Assembly: GCA_963778655.1 (NCBI GenBank)
Contig: CAVZVA010000009.1
Location: forward strand, 416,001 to 480,000
Source: an uncultured delta proteobacterium
GTDB lineage: Bacteria; Myxococcota_A; Polyangia; Polyangiales; JAFGIB01
Length of the DNA stretch: 64,000 nucleotides
Direction of reading: 5' to 3'
Part shown: positions 10,038 to 19,431 of the stretch, piece by piece
Position numbering within the stretch: the stretch's first letter is position 1
How the letters are laid out: each line of letters begins with the position of its first letter
Notes under the pieces: model-generated
What the model was told of the DNA's origin: nothing
The model's input: the letters and a program-made list of their open reading frames with translations, nothing else
Database searches by the model: none
Position numbers and translations under genes: made by a program

Positions 10038-10074
10038 TTGACAAGCGGTAGATAAGTAAGTAGTTACTTATCTA
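10038..10074 (+). promoter_or_regulatory. -35 TTGACA and overlapping perfect palindromic operator (probable TetR autoregulatory site)
   Basis: TTGACA 10038-10043; TAGATAAGTAA-GTAG-TTACTTATCTA 10049-10074, ending 2 bp before the tetR GTG. Confidence 0.85.
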
Positions 10075-10076
10075 TC

Positions 10077-10694
10077 GTGCCGCGGACCAAGACCATCAGC
10101 GACGAGCAGATCCTGGCGGTCGCGCGCGAGTGCTTCCTGGCGCGCGGCTTCGGCGCCTCCACACTTGCGATCGCGCGCCGGGCCGGCATCTCCGAGGCCT
10201 TGATCTTCCGCCGCTTTCGCACCAAAGAAGCGCTGTTCGCCAAGGCTCTGGGCCTGGGCGAGACGCCCGTCTGGATCGACACGCTCGAGCGCAAGGCCGG
10301 AACGGGCGACGCGAAACGCAACCTGGTCGAGATCTCGCTCGACATCGTCGAGCACTTCCACAACCACTTGCCGAGGCTGATGATGATCTGGTCGTCGCGT
10401 ACGCGGGCTCGCATCCGCCGCCAGCTCGAGGAGCCGCCCTCGCTACGCGGGCTCAAGGCCCTCACGCGCTACTTCGAGCGTGAGATGGCGCTCGGGCGCA
10501 TGCGCGCTGGAGACCCGGAGGTGGTCGCGCGCGCGCTGATGGGGGCGCTGCTGAACCACGCCTTCTTCAAGCTGATCGGCGTGCATGCGCGCCGACCGAT
10601 TTCCGCCCGGCGCTACGTCACCAGCTTGATCGACGTGCTGTGGGACGGCCTGCAGCCGGAGGCCGCGGCCCGGGCCGCAGGAGTCCAGTCATGA
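10077..10694 (+). CDS. TetR/AcrR family transcriptional regulator
   Basis: HTH: ASTLAIARRAGISEALIFRRFRTKEALF; first gene of efflux operon. Confidence 0.92.
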   Translation: MPRTKTISDEQILAVARECFLARGFGASTLAIARRAGISEALIFRRFRTKEALFAKALGLGETPVWIDTLERKAGTGDAKRNLVEISLDIVEHFHNHLPRLMMIWSSRTRARIRRQLEEPPSLRGLKALTRYFEREMALGRMRAGDPEVVARALMGALLNHAFFKLIGVHARRPISARRYVTSLIDVLWDGLQPEAAARAAGVQS

Positions 10695-11986
10695 GCAGCT
10701 CCCGCTTGCGAACAGTCACCTGGGTGGCCGTGCTGTTGCTGGCCGGCGGCGGTGGATACGCGTACTACCGCCACGCTGGGGCCACCAAGAAGCAGGACCT
10801 GAAGCTCGAGACCGCCAAGGTGGACCGCGGGCCGATCGTCTCCAAGGTCACCGCCACCGGCGCCCTCTCGGCGCTGGTGACCGTGCAGGTCGGCAGCCAG
10901 GTCTCGGGGCGGCTGCAGGAGATCAACGTCGACTTCAATTCCAAGGTGAAGAAGGGCGAGGTGATCGCGAAGATCGATCCGCAGCTGTTTCGCGCCGCCC
11001 TCGAGCAAGCCAAGGCGAACTACGCCGCGGCCAAGGCGAACCTGCTGCGCTCGCAGGTGCAGGCGGTCGATGCCGAGCGCCAGGCCGAGCGGGCCACCAC
11101 CCTGGCCGAGCAGCACTTGGGCGCGCAGGCCGACGCCGACACCGCGCAGGCGAATGCGGGCGCGGCCAAGGCCCAGGTCGAGGCCAGCCGCGCCGCGGTG
11201 GAGCAGGCGCACGCCTCGCTGCACCAGGCGCAGGTGAACCTCGACTACACCACCATCCTGTCGCCGATCAACGGCGTGGTGATCTCGCGCAACGTCGACG
11301 TGGGCCAGACGGTGGCGGCTTCGCTGCAGGCGCCGACGCTGTTCGTGATCGCGGAGGATCTGGCCAAGATGCAGGTCGACTCCAGCGTCTCGGAGGCCGA
11401 CGTGGGTAAGCTCCAACCCGGGATGGCGGCTTCCTTCACCGTGGATGCGTATCCCGGCGAGCACTTCCGCGGCAACATCCGCCAGATCCGCAACGCGCCG
11501 CAGACGCTGCAGAACGTCGTCACCTACGACGCCGTGATCGACGTGGAGAACCCGCAGCTCAAGCTCAAGCCGGGCATGACCGCCGCGGTGACCTTCATCA
11601 ACGCCTCGCGCGCCGACGCGTTGCGCGTGCCGAACGCGGCGCTGCGCTTTCGGCCCTCGCCCGAGCTGATCGCGCAGTGGCGCGGCGGGTCGGGCGCGGG
11701 CGGCTCGGGCGCGCACGCAGCGGGCGGGCCGGCCCAGGCCGGCGGCGGCGGCAGGGCCGCGCCGGACGCGGGTGCTGCGCAGGCCAAGCGCCACGACCCC
11801 GGCCTGCACACGCTGTGGGTGGTTCGCGGCGGCAAGCCGGAGCAGGTCACGATCCACACCGGCATCTCCGACGGGAGCATGACGGAGGTGCTGGACGGGC
11901 CGTTGCGAGCGGGCGACAGCGTGGTCACCGACGCGCCGGAGCCGGCCGGAGCCGGGCGCGGCCGCACGCCGTTCCGGATGCTCTGA
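10691..11986 (+). CDS. macA: Efflux membrane fusion (periplasmic adaptor) protein, MacA-like
   Basis: N-terminal TM, VQVGSQVSG, ISRNVDVGQTVAASLQAPTLF, LKPGMTA; ATGA overlap with tetR. Confidence 0.9.
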   Translation: MSSSRLRTVTWVAVLLLAGGGGYAYYRHAGATKKQDLKLETAKVDRGPIVSKVTATGALSALVTVQVGSQVSGRLQEINVDFNSKVKKGEVIAKIDPQLFRAALEQAKANYAAAKANLLRSQVQAVDAERQAERATTLAEQHLGAQADADTAQANAGAAKAQVEASRAAVEQAHASLHQAQVNLDYTTILSPINGVVISRNVDVGQTVAASLQAPTLFVIAEDLAKMQVDSSVSEADVGKLQPGMAASFTVDAYPGEHFRGNIRQIRNAPQTLQNVVTYDAVIDVENPQLKLKPGMTAAVTFINASRADALRVPNAALRFRPSPELIAQWRGGSGAGGSGAHAAGGPAQAGGGGRAAPDAGAAQAKRHDPGLHTLWVVRGGKPEQVTIHTGISDGSMTEVLDGPLRAGDSVVTDAPEPAGAGRGRTPFRML

Positions 11987-11988
11987 GC

Positions 11989-12744
11989 ATGGCCCAGCCA
12001 ACCGCACTGTTGTCGCTCGAGGCGATCACCAAGGTCTACCGCATGGGCGACGTCGAGGTGCACGCGCTGCGCGGCGTCTCGCTCGAGGTCCAGAGCGGCG
12101 ACTTCGTCGCGGTGATGGGCTCGTCGGGCTCGGGCAAGTCGACCTTGATGAACATCATCGGCTGCCTCGATCGGCCGACGGCGGGCCGCTACCTGCTCAA
12201 CGGCCGCGAGGTCTCGCGGCTGGGCCGCGACGCGCTGGCGGAGATCCGCAACCAGACCATCGGCTTCGTGTTTCAGAGCTTCAATCTGTTGTCGCGGACC
12301 AGCGCGCTCGAAAACGTGGAGCTGCCGCTGCTGTACGCGGGGGTGCCCGGCCGCGCCCGGCGCAAGCGCGCGACCGAGGCACTGGTCAAGGTCGGGCTCG
12401 GTGATCGGCTCCACCACCATTCCAACCAGATGTCGGGCGGGCAGCAGCAGCGCGTGGCGGTGGCGCGCGCGATCGTGAGCCAGCCCAAGATCATCGTGGC
12501 CGACGAGCCCACCGGCAATCTCGACTCGCGCACCAGCCTGGAGATCATGGCGCTGTTCCAGGAGCTCGGGCGCTCCGACATCACCATCCTGCTGGTGACG
12601 CACGAGTCCGACATCGCCGAGTTCGCCTCGCGCATCCTCGTGATGAAGGACGGGAGCCTGCTATCCGACGAGCGCCGCGCCCCGCGTGACGCCGGCGAGG
12701 CGCTGGGCGTGGCCCAGGCACCGAAAGAGGTCGCGCTGCAATGA
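11989..12744 (+). CDS. ABC transporter ATP-binding protein (MacB/LolD type)
   Basis: GSSGSGKST, IGFVFQSFNL, MSGGQQQRV, ADEPTGNLD. Confidence 0.95.
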   Translation: MAQPTALLSLEAITKVYRMGDVEVHALRGVSLEVQSGDFVAVMGSSGSGKSTLMNIIGCLDRPTAGRYLLNGREVSRLGRDALAEIRNQTIGFVFQSFNLLSRTSALENVELPLLYAGVPGRARRKRATEALVKVGLGDRLHHHSNQMSGGQQQRVAVARAIVSQPKIIVADEPTGNLDSRTSLEIMALFQELGRSDITILLVTHESDIAEFASRILVMKDGSLLSDERRAPRDAGEALGVAQAPKEVALQ

Positions 12745-13970
12745 GCATTCTGCAAACGCTGCGTGTCGCGGTCCGTGCCCTGACGCGCAACAAGCTGCGC
12801 TCCTTCTTGACCACGCTGGGCATCATGATCGGCGTCGGCGCGGTGATCGCGATGGTCGCGATCGGGGAGGGCGCCAAGGCGATGGTGGAGCAGGCCTTCG
12901 AGTCGATGGGTTCGAATCTGATCCTGATCTTGCCGGGCGTGACCTCGCGCGGCGGCGCCTTCGGCGGCTTCGGCAGCATGCCCACGCTGACCTGGGACGA
13001 TCTGAAGGCGATCCAGACCGAGGTGCCGTCGGTGCGCTATGCGGCCGCCAGCATGCGCACGGTGCAGCAGGTGTTGAGCGAGGACCAGAACTGGAGCACC
13101 AGCATCATGGGCACCTCGCCCGAGTACCTCGAGATCCGGAACTGGGCCGTCGCCAAGGGCGCTTGCTTCACCCAGTCGGACGTGGACGGGGCGACCAAGG
13201 TGGCGCTGCTGGGGCAGACCGTGGTCGACAAGCTGTACGGGCCCGGGTTCAACCCGGTGGGGGAAACCGTGCAGATCAACGGCGTGCCGTTCCAGGTGGT
13301 CGGCGTGCTCGCCAAGAAGGGGCAGTCGCCGATGGGCTCGGACTACGACGACGCGGTGATCGTGCCTTACACCACTTATCAGGCGCGGATCCAGGGCGGG
13401 CTCCAGAAGTACATCTCGGGCGTGATCATGGTGAGCGCCAAGGAGGCCGACGGCACGGCGCGGGCGCAGAAACAGATTGCCGAATTGTTGCGCGATCGCC
13501 ACCACCTGGCGCCGGGCGCCGACGACGACTTCTCGATGCGCGACCTGACCGAAATGGCCAACGCGCGGCAGCAAGGGACGCAGACGCTGACCACGCTGCT
13601 GGCGAGCGTGGCCGCGGTCTCGCTGTTCGTGGGCGGCATCGGCATCATGAACATCATGTTGGTGAGCGTGACCGAGCGCACGCGCGAGATCGGCCTGCGC
13701 ATGGCGGTCGGAGCCAAGCCGCGAAACATCCTGGCGCAGTTCCTGATCGAGGCGCTCACGTTGTCCGTGGCCGGCGGCCTGATCGGCGTCGGGCTCGGTT
13801 TGTTCACCGCGGGTTGGATGGCCAAGACGTTCCATTGGCCGATGCTGGTGCGTCCGGACATCGTCGGCATTGCTGTCGGGTTCAGTGCGCTCGTGGGCAT
13901 CGGTTTCGGCTTGTATCCGGCGCGCAAGGCGTCGCTGCTCGATCCGATCGAGGCGTTGAGGTACGAATGA
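12741..13970 (+). CDS. MacB/FtsX-family ABC permease
   Basis: RSFLTTLGIMIGV, VGGIGIMNIMLVSVTERTREIG, LDPIEALRYE. Confidence 0.95.
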   Translation: MSILQTLRVAVRALTRNKLRSFLTTLGIMIGVGAVIAMVAIGEGAKAMVEQAFESMGSNLILILPGVTSRGGAFGGFGSMPTLTWDDLKAIQTEVPSVRYAAASMRTVQQVLSEDQNWSTSIMGTSPEYLEIRNWAVAKGACFTQSDVDGATKVALLGQTVVDKLYGPGFNPVGETVQINGVPFQVVGVLAKKGQSPMGSDYDDAVIVPYTTYQARIQGGLQKYISGVIMVSAKEADGTARAQKQIAELLRDRHHLAPGADDDFSMRDLTEMANARQQGTQTLTTLLASVAAVSLFVGGIGIMNIMLVSVTERTREIGLRMAVGAKPRNILAQFLIEALTLSVAGGLIGVGLGLFTAGWMAKTFHWPMLVRPDIVGIAVGFSALVGIGFGLYPARKASLLDPIEALRYE

Positions 13971-15535
13971 GGCTCAGAGCTCTGGCTTTCGTGTTGCTGT
14001 TGGCGCTGTCGTCGGCGCGGCCTGCGTTCGCGCAGCAGGTTGGGGCGGGGGTTGGGCTTCAGGCCGGGGCCGCGCCGGCGGGGCAAGCGCAGGCAGCGGC
14101 GCAGGGTCCGTCTGCGGCGCAGGCCCAAGCGCGGTCGGCGCAAGCGGCGCAGGCTCCGGTGACGGGCGCGGCTGCGCCGGCGCAGCCGGCTGCGGCCGCA
14201 GCCGCGACGCCGCCTGTCGCGGCCTCGCCGCCCGCCACAGCCCCCGTCGCAGCCGCTGCTGCAGCCGCGCCCACGGCCGCGCCTGCGTCCGGCCGGGTGC
14301 TGACGCTGGCCCAGGCGCTGCAGAGCGCGCGCGAGCACCAGCCGCTGCTGCACCAGGCGCAGGCGGCGATCGATGTCTCTCGCGCGCGCGCCGATCAGGC
14401 CGCGGCCGGGCTCTACCCGCAGGTGACGGCCACGGCCGCCTACCAGCGCACCACCGCCAACTTCGCGCCGCGTCCGGGCGCGCTCCCGTCGAGCGTCAAT
14501 ATTGCCGCGAGCAAGAGCTTCAAGACCTACGACTATTTCAACTTTGGGCTCAACGCCCAGCAGCTCGTCTGGGACTTCGGCCAGACCTACAAGCGCAAGG
14601 ACGCGGCCAAGGCCACGCTCGAGGCGCGCAAGACCGACGAGCAGGCCTCGCTGCTGCAGGTCGAGCAGAACGTGCGGGTGGCGTTCTTCAACGCGCGCGC
14701 GGCCAAGGCCATGGTCTCGGTCGCGCACGAGACGCTGGCGAACCAGGACAAGCACGTGGGGCAGATCGAGGGCTTCGTGCGCGCAGGCACGCGCGCCCAG
14801 ATCGATCTGGTGCAGGCCAAGGCCGACCGCGCCAACGCCAAGGTCGGCGTGATCAACGCCGAGAACGCCTACGAGTCGTCCAAGGCCACGCTCGATCAGG
14901 CGATGGGGGTGGAGGGCGATACCGCCTACGACGTTTCGGACGACGGGCTGCCCCCGGTCGACGGCGAGGACGGCGCGCTCGACCCGCTGGTCAAGCGCGC
15001 GCTCGAGCATCGGCCCGAGTTCGTGTCGCTGCGCGAGCAGTTGCGATCCGAGGAGCTGACGCTGGAGTCGATCCGCGGCGGCTACTGGCCCTCGCTGGGG
15101 GTCGGCGCCGGGGCCACCGAGGCCGGGCGCGCCTTCAACAACATGACCTGGAACGTGAACGCGGGCGCGACCATCACCTGGCCGCTGTTCCAGGGCGGCA
15201 TCACCAACGCGCAGGCCGACGAGGCGCGCGCCACTCTGGTGGGGTTGCACGCCCAGGTCGACGCGCTCGAGCAGCAGGTGCGGCTCGACGTCACTCAGGG
15301 GCAGCTCGGGGTGCGGGCGACCAAGGCGGTGCTGGTCGCATCCCAGGAGGTGGTGACCAACGCGCGCGAGCGCCTGCGCCTGGCCGAAGGCCGCTACGCC
15401 GCGGGCATCGGCAACGGCATCGAGCTCGGCGACGCGCAGCTCGCGCTGGCCTCGGCGCTCGCGCAGCAGGTGCAGGCCGAGTACAACCTGGCGGCCGCGC
15501 GAGCGCAGCTGCTGCACGCGTTGGGGCAGCAGTAG
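13967..15535 (+). CDS. tolC: TolC family outer membrane efflux protein
   Basis: Signal peptide, Ala/Pro linker, LTLAQAL, YPQV...LVWDFG, YWPSL...WPLFQGG, RYAAG repeats; last gene of MacAB operon. Confidence 0.9.
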   Translation: MRLRALAFVLLLALSSARPAFAQQVGAGVGLQAGAAPAGQAQAAAQGPSAAQAQARSAQAAQAPVTGAAAPAQPAAAAAATPPVAASPPATAPVAAAAAAAPTAAPASGRVLTLAQALQSAREHQPLLHQAQAAIDVSRARADQAAAGLYPQVTATAAYQRTTANFAPRPGALPSSVNIAASKSFKTYDYFNFGLNAQQLVWDFGQTYKRKDAAKATLEARKTDEQASLLQVEQNVRVAFFNARAAKAMVSVAHETLANQDKHVGQIEGFVRAGTRAQIDLVQAKADRANAKVGVINAENAYESSKATLDQAMGVEGDTAYDVSDDGLPPVDGEDGALDPLVKRALEHRPEFVSLREQLRSEELTLESIRGGYWPSLGVGAGATEAGRAFNNMTWNVNAGATITWPLFQGGITNAQADEARATLVGLHAQVDALEQQVRLDVTQGQLGVRATKAVLVASQEVVTNARERLRLAEGRYAAGIGNGIELGDAQLALASALAQQVQAEYNLAAARAQLLHALGQQ

Positions 15536-15590
15536 CGCCCGCTCGCCGATCGCTGGGGACGAGCGGGCTCTGCGCGAGCAGCAGCGAAGC
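15453..15590 (+). repeat. 138-bp direct repeat, copy 1 (tolC 3' end plus downstream hairpin)
   Basis: Ungapped hand alignment to 17650-17787 with 14 mismatches in 138 bp. Confidence 0.9.
15537..15568 (+). terminator. Stem-loop after tolC stop (no U-tract)
   Basis: GCCCGCTCG...CGAGCGGGC 9-bp inverted repeat. Confidence 0.5.
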
Positions 15591-15863
15591 CGAGGTGAAA
15601 GGGCTCGACAACCGGCTGATTGAGCCGTCGGAGCACGAGCTGGCGGCGACCGGGCGCGTGCTGCGCCGCAAGCGCCCTGGCGGCATGCTCAACTTCTACT
15701 ATCGGGCGGCCGCGTGAGTGCGCGATCGATGGTTGGCGCCCTACGCCTGTCTCGCCTACGAACCAAGCTCAATCCCCCCGGCTGCATCATTCCGACCAAC
15801 CTCTCCTCAGCAGCGGGCGGGACCCGGCGGTACACGTTGCGCGCTGGCTCGAGCATCGCCCGC

Positions 15864-17036
15864 TCAGTCGAGGGGAATGCGGAACAGCTCGTTGTCCACG
15901 TCGAAGGTGGTGATGTACGCGACGCCATCGCCGATGGCGCCGGCTTGGTACTCGTTTTCGGCGGTGATGAGCTGTTTGCAGTCGGTGTTGTCGCGGCGGT
16001 GCCAACCGATGGTCGCCGACGGGAACGAGTCATGCCACCAGTACACGCGCTCGGCGTCGACCTTCAGCACGTAGTCGTTCTTGCCGAGGAAGGGTTGCTT
16101 GTCTTTGGGGCTCGTGTACGGGGTGAAATAGCCGCCGTAGTAGTCGTTCCAGTACACGCCGTCGTCGGCGAGGTGGTAGCTGCCCATGTCGAAGTTGCTG
16201 GCGGTGACCACGGGCTCCATGCTGCCGCCGGTGACGGCTACGCGGATGATCCGGTCGTCGCCGCCGGTGAACAAGATGCCGTAGACGTAGCCGTCGCGCA
16301 GCTCGAGCTGCTCGAGGCTCACCATGCTGAGCAGGGTCTCCTTGGTACCGCCCCCGATCGGCTCGCGGTAGAGCTCCTGGGTGTCGGGGTCGTGCACGTA
16401 CTGGTACGTGTCGTCGGCGGTCCAGTTGCGCGGCGCGTCGTCGAACAGCATCGTCGGCGTGGCCTTCGGATCGTCGATTGGCACGCGCACGATCTGGTCC
16501 TTCGGGGGATTCGTGCCATCGGAGATGTCGAAGTACAGATAGCTGCCGATGATCAACGGCGAGTAGCGCTTGTCGGGCGTCGCGAGGAGGAGCTCGGGCG
16601 TGTCGCTCCCCGGTGGGATGCGGTACACGCCGTCGCCGCCGAGCCCGTAGTACACGCCGGTCTCGTGCGCGGTCAGCCCGTCGAAGATGTTGCTCTTCAT
16701 GACGAGCACCTTGGCCTCGTCACCCAGCTCCTCGAACGTGAGTGCGGGTCCGGGCCTGCAGCGGCCGTTCAGCAACGTGCCGCCGCTCGGTGTGGGCGTG
16801 CCCTGATCGACAGCCGCATCCGCGACCCCGGCATCGCTCAGCGACTGCGTGCCCGCAGCGCCGCCCGAGCCGGTGCCACCCCCGGCGCCAGCACCCGAAC
16901 CAGCCGTACCTGCCGCACCCGGACCCGCGTCGGCCGCGGTCCCGGCGGTGGCGCCGGACGACGAGGACTCCCCGTTACAAGCGCCCAGCGCGATGCACAA
17001 GAGCACGCATGACCCAAGACTCGGACGTCGAAACAT
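15864..17036 (-). CDS. Acidic lipoprotein with probable beta-propeller (DUF5050-like) domain
   Basis: GGAGG RBS; lipobox IALGAC; Gly/Ala linker; ~40-aa repeats with D..GVYW / I.R.P..GG patterns. Confidence 0.72.
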   Translation of the reverse strand: MFRRPSLGSCVLLCIALGACNGESSSSGATAGTAADAGPGAAGTAGSGAGAGGGTGSGGAAGTQSLSDAGVADAAVDQGTPTPSGGTLLNGRCRPGPALTFEELGDEAKVLVMKSNIFDGLTAHETGVYYGLGGDGVYRIPPGSDTPELLLATPDKRYSPLIIGSYLYFDISDGTNPPKDQIVRVPIDDPKATPTMLFDDAPRNWTADDTYQYVHDPDTQELYREPIGGGTKETLLSMVSLEQLELRDGYVYGILFTGGDDRIIRVAVTGGSMEPVVTASNFDMGSYHLADDGVYWNDYYGGYFTPYTSPKDKQPFLGKNDYVLKVDAERVYWWHDSFPSATIGWHRRDNTDCKQLITAENEYQAGAIGDGVAYITTFDVDNELFRIPLD

Positions 17037-17444
17037 GAAGAACCCTCCCGCGGCCGATGAGCGTATCAGCGTGTGACGCAGCTGGCCACGGCTGTATTCC
17101 GCCGGTCGTCGCGGAGTCTCCGACCACAAGGCGGGAGATTGGCCTCGACCGCGGCGCGCTGCCGGTACTGAAACAAACAGGCATACCCGCCCGCCCGCGG
17201 GTGTGCCTGACCTGGCAAACGCTCGACCTGCGGGCAACTCGCTGGCCCGCGCGGCGCGCGCTCGTTGGTCAGCGCTGTTGCGTAAGTCGCCCCGCCCATT
17301 CTTCACGCCCCGAGCTCGAAGGCCTCGTCATACGCCAGCCCAGCGCACTGCTCGAGGCTCTCGCGCTCACTGCTCGTCGCCCTTGACCACGTCGCGTAGG
17401 AGCAGGGGCGACGCCGGCTCCAGCTGAGGCTCGCTGCGCACAGC

Positions 17445-17460
17445 TGGCATGCAGGTTGCT
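17445..17460 (+). promoter_or_regulatory. Sigma54-type -24/-12 promoter
   Basis: TGGCATGCAGGTTGCT matches TGGCACG-N4-TTGCW with exact GG-N10-GC spacing; intergenic. Confidence 0.6.
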
Positions 17461-17574
17461 GGCAACCAGTCGAGCATACCGGGGCGTCGCGTTGTACGCG
17501 CATCGCGTAGGTGCCAAGGCAGCGAGCAGGAGCGGTGGCGGGTTTACGCGAAATGCGGGTGCCCCGCTCCCCCC

Positions 17575-17644
17575 AACTGATCTGCCTGACGCGCGCGAAA
17601 TGCGGGCGACGTGGAGCGATCAGTTGGAGTCGGGCAGATCAGTT
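17575..17644. repeat. 16-bp inverted-repeat element abutting repeat copy 2
   Basis: AACTGATCTGCCTGAC (17575-17590) / GTCGGGCAGATCAGTT (17629-17644), one G-T pair; third partial arm GATCAGTTGG at 17618-17627. Confidence 0.75.
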
Positions 17645-17649
17645 ATCGC

Positions 17650-17787
17650 CGGCGCTCGCACAGCGGGCGCAGGCCGAGTACAACCTCGCGGCGGCGCGCG
17701 CGCAGCGACCGCACGCGTTGGGGCAGCAGTAGCCCCTGCTCGCCGATTGCTGGGGACGAGCGGGCTCAGCGCGAGCAGAAGCGAAGC
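17650..17787 (+). repeat. 138-bp direct repeat, copy 2 (orphan tolC 3' remnant)
   Basis: Encodes ALAQRAQAEYNLAAARAQRPHALGQQ* versus TolC ALAQQVQAEYNLAAARAQLLHALGQQ*. Confidence 0.9.
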
Positions 17788-17880
17788 ATCGACGCTTGCC
17801 GTTTCTCATTTTCCCGCCTTCTTTTCGAATCCTGCTGCGGCCTCGCTGCACGCGGGCTGTTCGCCGATTCGGCGCGGCGC

Positions 17881-19260
17881 TCACGGCGCTGGTGCGGGCG
17901 CGGCCGAGACCGCGGGCGCTTGCGCGAGCGCTTGCTGCCAGCGGCCCGAGCGAAAGCGCCGGATCAGCAGGGAGGCCTTGAGCGCGTAGTCGGCGAGCAG
18001 CGCGCCGTAGATCCACTCCACCGGCAGCCGCATCGAGGTGAACACGATGGCCAGGCCCACCCGCCCCAGGATCAGCCCGGTGAAGGTGGTGAACAGCGGG
18101 AAGCGGGTATCGCCTGCGCCGCGCAGCGCGCCCGCGAGCGCGAACTCGACCGCCATCAGCGGTTGCGCCGCGCCCAGCAGGTAGATGAAGGTCACGGTCA
18201 GGCGCACCACTTCGGTGTCGGCGATCATCAGCTGCGCGATCGGCCGGGCGAAGCTCACGATCACGATCGAGAGCAGCGACATCGACCCGACCGCGAGCCC
18301 CAGGGCCCGCCAGCCGCTGTGGGCCGCGCGCTCCGGATCGCCCGCGCCCAGGTGCTGGCCGACCAGCGTGGAGGCCGCGATCGAAAAGCCGAAGCCGACC
18401 ACGAACGAGAGCGAGAGGATCTGCACCCCGATGCCGTACGCGGCCAGGGCGTCGGTGCCGTAGAAGCGCGCGATGATCACGGTGAACGCGATGAAGCCCG
18501 ATTGCACCACCAGCTGTTCGAGCGCCGCCGGGTAACCGACGCCGACCACGGCGCGAACGCGCGCGGCCTCGCGCTCGTCGCCGCCGACCGGCCGCAGCAG
18601 CAGCCGGCCGCTGCGCCACAGCCACAACGTGAGCGCGGCGCTGGCCGCGAACGCGAGGCCGCCCGCGAGGGCCGCGCCGGCGATGCCGATCTTGGGAAAG
18701 CCGAAGCCGCCGTAGACCAGCAGGTAGAGCAGCAGCACGTTGGCCGCGTTGGCCACCGCGCCGATCAGCAGGGGCGTGCGGGTGTCACCGGCCGCGCGCA
18801 GGCCGGCGCCGAGCACGAAGCCGACCGCGAATACGATGCTGAACAGGCTGATCCAGCGGATATAGGTGACCGCCAGCCGTTGCGCCGAGCCCTGCAGGCC
18901 GAAGATCCCGGCCAGCGGTTCGGCCGCGCCGAGACCGATCAGCGTCATCACCAGGGCGAGCGCACAGCCCAGCAGCAGCGAGCTGCGCACCACGCGCGAA
19001 GCCTCGTCCTGCTCACCGCTGCCCCAGGCGCGCGCCACCAGCGCGGTGGTGCCCGCGCTGACCGCCATCAGCGTCGCCTGCAGCACGAAGAACAGGCGCT
19101 GGCCGGTGGTCGAGGCCGCCACCGCGCTCGCGCCCAGCGTGCCGACCACCTTCACGTCCACCAGGCCCACGGTCGACTGCAGCAGATTGGTCAGCACCGC
19201 CGGCCACGCCAGCTGCCACACGCCCGCCGGCAGCGATTCGGACCTGCGTTTCGCATCCAT
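17881..19260 (-). CDS. MATE family efflux transporter
   Basis: LAWPAVL, LRAAGDTRTPL, GIAGAALA, LRGAGDTRFPL two-fold repeat; many TM segments. Confidence 0.93.
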   Translation of the reverse strand: MDAKRRSESLPAGVWQLAWPAVLTNLLQSTVGLVDVKVVGTLGASAVAASTTGQRLFFVLQATLMAVSAGTTALVARAWGSGEQDEASRVVRSSLLLGCALALVMTLIGLGAAEPLAGIFGLQGSAQRLAVTYIRWISLFSIVFAVGFVLGAGLRAAGDTRTPLLIGAVANAANVLLLYLLVYGGFGFPKIGIAGAALAGGLAFAASAALTLWLWRSGRLLLRPVGGDEREAARVRAVVGVGYPAALEQLVVQSGFIAFTVIIARFYGTDALAAYGIGVQILSLSFVVGFGFSIAASTLVGQHLGAGDPERAAHSGWRALGLAVGSMSLLSIVIVSFARPIAQLMIADTEVVRLTVTFIYLLGAAQPLMAVEFALAGALRGAGDTRFPLFTTFTGLILGRVGLAIVFTSMRLPVEWIYGALLADYALKASLLIRRFRSGRWQQALAQAPAVSAAPAPAP

Positions 19261-19431
19261 CGGAGCACCGCCTCGAAACAAGCCAAGCCCGGAACGGCGG
19301 GCAAGCGTAGAGGGTTTGCGGGGCGGCGCAAGGCAACGCGCGCGGGCCTGCGCCTTGCGTGCGCGCGGGGCCGGCTGGGCCGCGGCTGCAGTTGTGCGGG
19401 GCAGCACTGCAGGCCTATGCTGGGCTTCGGG

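Noticed and set aside
12686..13966. N-terminal extensions in ORF-track calls (949-aa TolC, 800-aa ACAD, 823-aa 17611-20082)
   Set aside because: Extensions overlap upstream genes and are low-information; true starts lie downstream
13379..15517. 712-aa antisense ORF and similar long antisense ORFs (7630-9075, 46193-48031, 48013-49854, 49999-51534)
   Set aside because: Mirror frames of real genes, caused by stop-codon scarcity; no motifs
15689..15790. 33-aa minus-strand ORF with an upstream GAGGAG
   Set aside because: Poor codon bias, no recognisable motif
17571..17648. Integron attC site (AAC...GTT palindrome)
   Set aside because: Ends do not fit RYYYAAC/GTTRRRY, and there is no cassette array or integrase; kept only as an unexplained palindrome
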